A stretch of DNA of 16,668 nt from an archaeon (lineage in GTDB: Archaea > Asgardarchaeota > Heimdallarchaeia > Heimdallarchaeales > JAJRWK01): the NCBI GenBank assembly GCA_024276795.1, contig JAJRWK010000032.1, positions 1-16,668 of the forward strand, written 5' to 3'. The notes below the pieces were generated by a model that was not told the DNA's origin, ran no database searches, and saw nothing but the letters and a program-made list of their open reading frames with translations. Within the stretch, counting starts at the first letter, position 1, and every line of letters begins with the position of its first letter. Positions 6,998-13,028 of this stretch are shown one piece after another. A program made the translations under genes and the position numbers.

Positions 6998-8434
6998 TCA
7001 CGATATTGGAATGAGCCTTGCTAAGGGGTGTGGAATTATTTTTTTCAAGCACTCAAAGACCAGCACTCGATCGTCCTTTTCAATACTTTCCATGAGCGAT
7101 ATAAACGTTTGGCGTCTTTCGAGTAATTCTGTCAGCAATGCCATGGCTTTTGCAATGATTTGGTGTTGATGTGCTTCAAAGTAAATGCGGGCGTCCTGAG
7201 GGGGGAGCGAAAAGATCGGGCTCCATTTCATAATAAGCTCTCTCGAAAGACCTCTCAAACCCCCTCCGCGTACTGACCCAGTTGCTGGATCAACAATAAC
7301 TGCTCCATAACGAACGTAGTCCTCAATAAGAGAATCTGAAGGCGGAATGCCTACGATGTCACACTCGATCAAGGAATGAGAAAAAATCTCGAAATCCAGA
7401 TATGATGTTAGGGACGCCAAGGCAAGAAGAACTATACGAATATCACCAGGATTTCCCACAACTGCAATGGTTCTTTTTGTTGTTAGGGCTTGAATGACTG
7501 GTAACCATGCATTGCCAAGAATACGTCTTGTCAAATCAGGTGTTACATCATGACTGCGTGGGAGGAATCGATCTAATGTTGGGTCGTAAACCATTTGTAG
7601 CCCAAGACTTTGCCAGCGATCGATAAGGAGCGTTTTGAAATCAAGCCAGCGATCCAAATCATGATCTGATTCGAATCCTTGCAACGAGCTATTTGCTGAA
7701 CTTTTATTCAAAATCTTGTGTGCCAGTTCCTTGAGCTGGCTTCTCACACTAAGGATTGAAACTATGTGCATCGAAGGAAAAACCATTCCTAAGAGACGAA
7801 GATTAGGCTGAGAAATACCTACAATGTAGGCAAATACTTCTCTTTCACCTAAAGGAAGGAACCCATCAAACAATCCATGTTCTTCGAATTGATCCAAGTA
7901 GGGGGTTAGCAGATGTTCTAACTGATTTCGAATGTCGAAGGGTAGTTCTCGATCAATCCAAAAAGATTGATTCTCTTTAACTTCGAGGAAAAAGGGCTGA
8001 ACGCCTTTGATTTCCTCTGTCGGATAAAAAGTAGTCAGCACTTCTCTCACTAGTTCTTCGATTTCGGCAACAGATTTATCCCAGAAATCATAAACTTCGA
8101 ACCGGTTTTTGTTCATCTCATTTATGCGAGTGTCAACTTCTTCCTGAATAATGCTCAGGATTTCTGTTGCAAGTTCTTCGTCGCTCCCCTTATCCATTAC
8201 AAGAACGTAGATTATGTTTTCGTCAAAACTAGATCGCAACACCAAAGTATTAGCAGTCCCCATATTAAGCTGACTAATTTCCGAGCCGGAAATCTCGCTT
8301 GCAAATGATGTGATTGCGCTTAGGAAACCGGCGGCGAGATCAACGTTTTTGAAAGTGAAGCCACTGAAATGAAGATGTAGGACAGGAACTCCTCCATAAA
8401 TTACTAAAAAATCGCGGATATTCATAAGAACCAC
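6998..8434 (-). CDS. Hypothetical protein: two N-terminal longin/roadblock-like modules plus a C-terminal alpha/beta + helical region (DENN-core-like?)
   Basis: 478 aa. The start is GTG at 8434, or ATG three codons later at 8425. Module 1: [78 protein letters not shown]. Module 2: [79 protein letters not shown]. C-terminal: [37 protein letters not shown]...[29 protein letters not shown], followed by a helical tail. Confidence 0.8.
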   Translation of the reverse strand: [478 protein letters not shown]

Positions 8435-8539
8435 GTGAAATCCTAAGATTCAATGCGTTTTTCTCCCCTTTAAGCCATTGGTTTAAAAACAAATAGGAAA
8501 AGCCACCAAAGACTAGTTGCAATGATTATTGACAGAACG

Positions 8540-8547
8540 ATAATTTT
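8540..8547 (+). promoter_or_regulatory. Candidate TATA box (ATAATTTT) for argF
   Basis: An A/T octamer centred about 30 nt upstream of the ATG at 8574. No Shine-Dalgarno-like purine patch lies between them. Confidence 0.35.
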
Positions 8548-8573
8548 TTCCGCAATTACCAGTAGCAATAACC

Positions 8574-9497
8574 ATGAAACGAGATTTTCTAACTCTGCTC
8601 GACTATTCAAAGGAAGAGATTAATGAGCTATTGGATATTTCTGACGAAATGAAGCGCTGGATGAAAGAAGGCACCAATGAGAGGCCTCTTTCAGGAAAAT
8701 CAATGGCAATGATCTTTCAAAAAAGGAGTACCAGAACAAGGGTAAGCACCGAAACAGGAATGGCATTTCTTGGAGGTCATGCTCTATTCTTGGGAATGTC
8801 AGACATTCAGCTAGGGAAAAATGAGACGTTGAAAGACACCGCCCTAGTACTTTCCCGATTCAATGACTTGATTCTGGCGAGAGTCTATGGACACGAGGAT
8901 GTCGAAGAACTCGCAAAGTACAGCAGAGTACCCGTAATTAACGCTCTAAGTGACAAATTCCACCCACTCCAGATTCTTGCCGATCTTATGACTATCCGAG
9001 AACACTTCGGCAAACTAGAAGGGTTAAAAATTGCGTGGGTTGGGGATGGAAACAATGTCTGCCATTCATTGATGATTGGTGCAACAAAAGTAGGAATGCA
9101 TATGAGCGTTGCAACGCCAAGAGGCTACGAACCAGCTGAAGACGTGATTGAGACCACTAAGAAAATTGCAGAGAAAAAAGGTGTTACCCTCACCTTTACA
9201 AATGATCCCAAAGAAGCAGTCAAGGATGCCGACATCATCGTGACAGACACTTGGATATCAATGGGTCAGGATGCTGAAAAAGAAAAAAGACTCCGTGATT
9301 TTGCGGGATATCAAGTTACTGAAGAATTAGGAAAGCTTGCAAAGCCTCATTGGAAATTCATGCACTGTTTACCCAGAAAACCACAAGAAGTATCTGACGA
9401 AGTATTTTACAGCGAACGAAGCATTGTTTTTGATGAGGCCGAAAACCGAATGTATACAGTAATGGCCGTTATGATGAAGCTTCTCGAAAAAAGATAA
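8574..9497 (+). CDS. argF: Ornithine carbamoyltransferase
   Basis: Carbamoyl-phosphate motif [21 protein letters not shown] motif. Ornithine-binding [8 protein letters not shown]. HCLP motif ([12 protein letters not shown]). The 307-aa length is typical of OTC, and the protein is colinear with OTCs I know. Confidence 0.95.
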   Translation: [307 protein letters not shown]

Positions 9498-9510
9498 AAA
9501 GAGAAGCAAA

Positions 9511-9601
9511 TGGCGGACCGGGCGGGATTCGAACCCGCGGCCTGCGGCTTTCTTCTCCAAGAATAGAAGGCCGCCGCTCTATCCTCCTGAGCTACCGGTC
9601 C
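9511..9601 (-). tRNA. tRNA-Arg (anticodon UCU) with 14-nt intron at the canonical 37/38 site and encoded CCA
   Basis: Reverse complement: acceptor GGACCGG/CCGGTCC. TA. D arm GCTC-AGGAGGATA-GAGC. Anticodon stem GCGGC/GCCGC with loop CT-TCT-A[intron TTCTTGGAGAAGAA]A. Variable AGGCC. T arm GCGGG-TTCGAAT-CCCGC. Discriminator G, then CCA. A T-rich tract follows on the minus strand. The 3' end lies 13 nt from the argF stop. Confidence 0.9.
9550..9563 (-). other. tRNA-Arg intron (14 nt)
   Basis: There are 21 nt between the anticodon-stem halves. Of these, 7 form the loop CUUCUAA and the remaining TTCTTGGAGAAGAA is removable. Confidence 0.75.
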
Positions 9602-9756
9602 CTATAAGATTTACTTGTAAGCAACTCGCTTATCAGCAATGATTGTGTCATGAGTGCTTTTCTAAAACTTTTCGAATTGTGGGTTATCTTATTTCACCAA
9701 GAACTCCAGTCACCATTGCTCAATAATCGACGTTTTTCGTTCTGCAAATGATGTTG

Positions 9757-9802
9757 AGAAAAAAAGAGAGGGTCGAATTATTGCATGAGGCTTAGAAAAA
9801 TC
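9757..9802 (-). terminator. Oligo-T termination region downstream of the 8-TM/roadblock gene
   Basis: On the minus strand a T5 run (AGATTTTTCT) lies about 15-20 nt after the stop. A T7 run (CTCTCTTTTTTTCTC, plus-strand A7 at 9759-9765) lies about 52 nt after the stop at 9817. Oligo-U tracts are the usual archaeal termination signal. Confidence 0.4.
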
Positions 9803-9816
9803 TGTTGCTCAGGATG

Positions 9817-11070
9817 TTATGACTCAATTAGTTGGATGAAGGGGAATATTGAAACGAGAAGATCCTCTGCATCCCTGAAGACAGCCACGTTTCCAGAATA
9901 CTGCTCGATCTCCTCTTGATATTTGGAATAAAAGTCTCGCACGAATTTGTCAAATCCACGTCTAAGGAAATATGAAGTGCGATCTGCAAGGACGATCCCT
10001 ACAATATAACGATAGGACTTCACCATGATGGTTCGATCTGAAAGACTTATGGACCGAAGTTCTCCTTGAGCACCAGATAGCTCACTAACAAGAGAAGCGA
10101 TTGCTATAATTGCTGGCGATTTCAAAGAAGCATCCGGCAGCTTTTCGACGCCCTTGGGAATCTCAATGAGCCCATGAAAGTATGCGGTTCCAGATTCGTC
10201 AATAATAAACATCTCGTATATGTTGAAGGGAAACGAGTAAGCATACGTGGGCAACATGATGTAAACCAAAAGAAGCAACATAATACCAAAAGTGAACATC
10301 CACGTGTTATAAACACGAATTTCCGTTCCAAAAACTCGGAGGGAATTGCCAAACGGAGCAAGGAAAAAAGATATCAGAAGAACAGTTGCTCCAATATAAT
10401 TAACAAATGATGCAAATTCAGCGGCCAGTGTATCAGATTCCCTGAAAATCCGGTAGTACACGTAGATTCCAAAGATCGCCATAAAAAAGAGAGAAATGCT
10501 GAACGCGGCGGTATAACCCGTTATTAAGTCATTAAATTCCGTTATTCGTTCGATAGTATTCTGAAAAGGTCTCAAGATAACCAAAGCAGCGAGGGGAGCC
10601 GCAGAACCGAGAATAAGTATGGCTCGGATGAGATTGGGGCGATCATTCGAGGTCAGTTCCAGATGCAGGTAAAATAGGATCACTGCAAGAGCAAGAAAAG
10701 CATCTGCTACATTTGCGATAAAGCCATCCGTAGATCGATGAAATGCCCCTTCCCCTTTGTTTTCATAATCAATTATGAGCAAGAAGAGCCACAGCGCAAC
10801 CGCCGAGGCAAAGGCAAGCATTAATTCAAGACCTTGAACTGATTCTTGAATTACATGTCGGTAGAGAATATACAGCATAATAAGAATCCCGATCGTGGGA
10901 GGCAATAAGTACCAACGAGTGTTGCTGATAGGCTCGATGAGCCAATAAAATATGACTCCTGTTAAGAACACAAAACCAAATGACACTGCGATCCCCACTA
11001 GAAAAGCTATCGTCCCCAGAGCAGGAGCGGGAATATAATCCTTCAGCATGCGTTTCGAATGGGTGTTCAT
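9817..11070 (-). CDS. Polytopic membrane protein (about 8 TM helices) with a C-terminal cytosolic longin/roadblock-like module
   Basis: 417 aa, ATG start. Hydrophobic helices include IAFLVGIAVSFGFVFLTGVIFYWLI, PTIGILIMLYILY, LMLAFASAVALWLFLLII, ADAFLALAVILFYLHL, ILILGSAAPLAALVIL, AAFSISLFFMAIFGIYVYY, IGATVLLISFFLAPF and MFTFGIMLLLLVYIML. The C-terminal module (nt ~9820-10224) reads IYEMFIIDESGTAYFHGLIEI..SPAIIAIASLVSELSG..LRSISLSDRTIMVKSYRYIVGIVLAD..FLRRGFDKFVRDFYSKY. Confidence 0.85.
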   Translation of the reverse strand: MNTHSKRMLKDYIPAPALGTIAFLVGIAVSFGFVFLTGVIFYWLIEPISNTRWYLLPPTIGILIMLYILYRHVIQESVQGLELMLAFASAVALWLFLLIIDYENKGEGAFHRSTDGFIANVADAFLALAVILFYLHLELTSNDRPNLIRAILILGSAAPLAALVILRPFQNTIERITEFNDLITGYTAAFSISLFFMAIFGIYVYYRIFRESDTLAAEFASFVNYIGATVLLISFFLAPFGNSLRVFGTEIRVYNTWMFTFGIMLLLLVYIMLPTYAYSFPFNIYEMFIIDESGTAYFHGLIEIPKGVEKLPDASLKSPAIIAIASLVSELSGAQGELRSISLSDRTIMVKSYRYIVGIVLADRTSYFLRRGFDKFVRDFYSKYQEEIEQYSGNVAVFRDAEDLLVSIFPFIQLIES

Positions 11071-11092
11071 TGTAGTTTCTTTTTCAGTCCAA

Positions 11093-11100
11093 GTTAAAAA
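11093..11100 (-). promoter_or_regulatory. Candidate TATA box (TTTTTAAC on minus strand) for the 8-TM/roadblock gene
   Basis: Centred about 26 nt upstream of the ATG at 11070. Confidence 0.4.
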
Positions 11101-11170
11101 CTTAGGCTAATTTTGAAGGTCTTAAAACTAGGAGAATTGCAAAAGGTGAAAAAATGGGTAAATTCTTACA

Positions 11171-11935
11171 TCAAATAGGAACAATCACCATCTGATCCTT
11201 GTCTGCTGAAGAGTGAGCTTTGCTCTGAATTTTGACAAAACCCAACAATTCCAGGGTTCTAACTCGATCCCACAATTGGTCTATACTTAATTCCAAGAGT
11301 GTTGAAAGTTTGCCAAGGAAAATACCTTGGGGAAACTTTAATAGGGCGACTGCAACATCTTGAAGCTCATTTGGGAGCTGTTTGACAACACCAAGGTCGT
11401 AAAGAGATTCTCCCATTTCGGCCCCTTTGATCTTCCATGACAATCGTTTATCCAATTCATCCCTAATCTGGCGAAGAATTGCAGTCGCTTCAGTTTGGCA
11501 AATATCGGTGGTAGAAAATAGAGAATCGAATTCAATGTATTGGGTAATGTGTTCGAAGACTTCTTGGATAAATTCCTCATATTGGGATAAGAGGGGTCGC
11601 CGTTCTTCGAGAAACTGAATGCAGAAAAGCAGTACTCTTGTTATTGACCCAATTCCTTGCTGAGCCAAGTCCAGCTGAATGGGAATAGGGTAGATATAAG
11701 TTTGGAGACGAACAGACTTTACCTCAATTGTGTCCAAAGGTCCATGCAATTTCCGAGGAGGAAGCAAATTCTCTCCAATTCCGGCTGTTAAAATGATTCT
11801 TGAGGCAAACATTTCTCGAGAAACTATGTCAAACAAGTCCTCACGAGAAGATGAGCAATAGAATGGACCTAAGGCGTGGTGAGAGAATACCAATGTAATG
11901 TCGTAAATGAGCGAGCTCGCTCTTGAGGGATTCAC
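11171..11935 (-). CDS. Hypothetical protein: N-terminal longin/uDENN-like alpha/beta region plus C-terminal winged-helix-like domain
   Basis: 254 aa, GTG start at 11935, supported by a TATA-like box 26-27 nt upstream. N-terminal pattern: IYDITLVFSHHALGPFYCSS..DIVSREMFASRIILTAG..LDTIEVKSVRLQTYIYPIPI..ITRVLLFCIQFLEERRPLLSQYEEFIQEVFEHITQYI. C-terminal HTH-like: VAVALLKFPQGIFLGKLSTLLELSIDQLWDRVRTLELLGFVKIQ. Confidence 0.7.
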   Translation of the reverse strand: MNPSRASSLIYDITLVFSHHALGPFYCSSSREDLFDIVSREMFASRIILTAGIGENLLPPRKLHGPLDTIEVKSVRLQTYIYPIPIQLDLAQQGIGSITRVLLFCIQFLEERRPLLSQYEEFIQEVFEHITQYIEFDSLFSTTDICQTEATAILRQIRDELDKRLSWKIKGAEMGESLYDLGVVKQLPNELQDVAVALLKFPQGIFLGKLSTLLELSIDQLWDRVRTLELLGFVKIQSKAHSSADKDQMVIVPI

Positions 11936-11957
11936 AATCCAAGATTTTTAAGAAAGT

Positions 11958-11965
11958 GATATAAC
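11958..11965 (-). promoter_or_regulatory. Candidate TATA box (GTTATATC on minus strand) for the longin/wH gene
   Basis: Centred about 26-27 nt upstream of the GTG at 11935. It lies in the 48-nt spacer after the ArsR-like gene. Confidence 0.4.
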
Positions 11966-11983
11966 TCTTCTGCAACTCTGTAA

Positions 11984-12784
11984 TTAGTCGGAAACAGCAA
12001 GTTTATTCATTACTGCAAGAGTTTCGAGAAGTTTTCTTCCTTTCTCTGTGAGCAAGTAATTTCGATCTCGATCTTGAAAGATAAGCCCGTTCTTAATCAA
12101 TGGTTTCAAATGATACAGAAGATGCCCCCCTTCAAGTTTGACGATCTCTTCGTAGTCACTAAATCTTTTCCTTCCCCGGTAAACCTCTAGAAGAATCTGT
12201 AACCGTGTCGGGTTACTTATAGGTTTCAAGACATTTTCATGCAGGTGCTTTGGATTGATTTTTGAAATATCTAAGGAAGAACCCTCTTTGGTTTGGGACA
12301 CAAATGATTTTGGTTCAAGAGACGTGAGCGACTGTAAAGTGGCCAGCTGATTTTGAAGAACGGAGAGCAGGCCGTCCCAGTGAGTCAAGCAATGATTTCT
12401 TCTTGGATCTTCTTGTCTCTTTTCCTCATTGCTTTGTTTTTGTGTCTCGGCGTAGTCGATGGTTTTTCGCAACTCGTTTATTGCGCCTTCCAAATCACTT
12501 CTCTGGAGAAGCTCTACAATTTTTTGAATCGGTCGATACATTTCAGTTTTGCAATGCTGCTCGGAAGTAGAATCGAAGAGACAGTCTATTGTTTCTATTT
12601 TTTGTTTTCCAAGAAGATCAATATTCGTACCCATCAGCAGTGAGGTGTTAAGTATTATTCCTCGTCTGATTTCTTCCCGTATCTTCTTGAGTTCTTGCTG
12701 TAGGGAATAATTAGCGTATTTTACTTCTAAAAGGGTTTTATCAACGTTCCGGGAAGCATCTGTTTCAATGGTCACAGTAATCAC
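11984..12784 (-). CDS. ArsR/SmtB-type winged-helix transcriptional regulator with a long N-terminal coiled-coil/helical extension
   Basis: The C-terminal ~85 aa match the ArsR HTH pattern: ISNPTRLQILLEVYRGRKRFSDYEEIVKLEGGHLLYHLKPLIKNGLIFQDRDRNYLLTEKGRKLLETL. The N-terminal ~170 aa are charged and helical (LQQELKKIREEIRRG..). GTG start at 12784. Confidence 0.75.
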   Translation of the reverse strand: MITVTIETDASRNVDKTLLEVKYANYSLQQELKKIREEIRRGIILNTSLLMGTNIDLLGKQKIETIDCLFDSTSEQHCKTEMYRPIQKIVELLQRSDLEGAINELRKTIDYAETQKQSNEEKRQEDPRRNHCLTHWDGLLSVLQNQLATLQSLTSLEPKSFVSQTKEGSSLDISKINPKHLHENVLKPISNPTRLQILLEVYRGRKRFSDYEEIVKLEGGHLLYHLKPLIKNGLIFQDRDRNYLLTEKGRKLLETLAVMNKLAVSD

Positions 12785-13020
12785 TTAGTTCGGCAGTTTC
12801 TAGTCATACGTTGATATGAGAGGTAAAAAGAATTACCTTTATGGGAAATTGAAATAATTCAAGAACTAACTGAATTGAAAAGAACAAATTTGATAGCACA
12901 TAAAACAATACGACGTTAAGACGATTTTTTGAACAACTAATCAATCATATGCTAAAAAATCGATTTCCGTCAAAAATATGATTCTTTGAATGGAGTCAGA
13001 ATAAAGTCAAGTGTTGCATC

Positions 13021-13028
13021 TTATATAA
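13021..13028 (+). promoter_or_regulatory. Candidate TATA box (TTATATAA) upstream of the antiporter gene
   Basis: A near-consensus archaeal TATA octamer centred about 27 nt upstream of the in-frame ATG at 13052. If functional, the true start is 13052 and the mRNA is leaderless. Confidence 0.4.

Noticed and set aside
7430-7470. A possible P-loop in the 478-aa protein ([14 protein letters not shown]), which would make it a GTPase/ATPase.
   Set aside because: It lacks the GK[ST] of a Walker A, and no downstream DxxG or NKxD motifs are present. At best it is a degenerate nucleotide-binding-like strand-loop-helix. It is treated instead as part of the DENN-like hypothesis.
3531-9601. The tRNA genes as possible integration sites of a mobile element or genomic island enclosing the longin/roadblock gene pair.
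   Set aside because: There is no integrase, transposase or partial duplicate of either tRNA 3' half anywhere in the window. argF and an oxidoreductase lie in the same interval, and I could see no obvious compositional break.
9634-9721. An inverted repeat AGCAATG...CATTGCT flanking about 75 nt in the tRNA-Arg/membrane-gene intergenic region. It has ATGATT and ATGATGT elements, considered as a C/D-box sRNA.
   Set aside because: On neither strand is there a proper C box (RUGAUGA) plus D box (CUGA) in the required positions. The length is also too great for an archaeal C/D sRNA. This is not supportable by eye.
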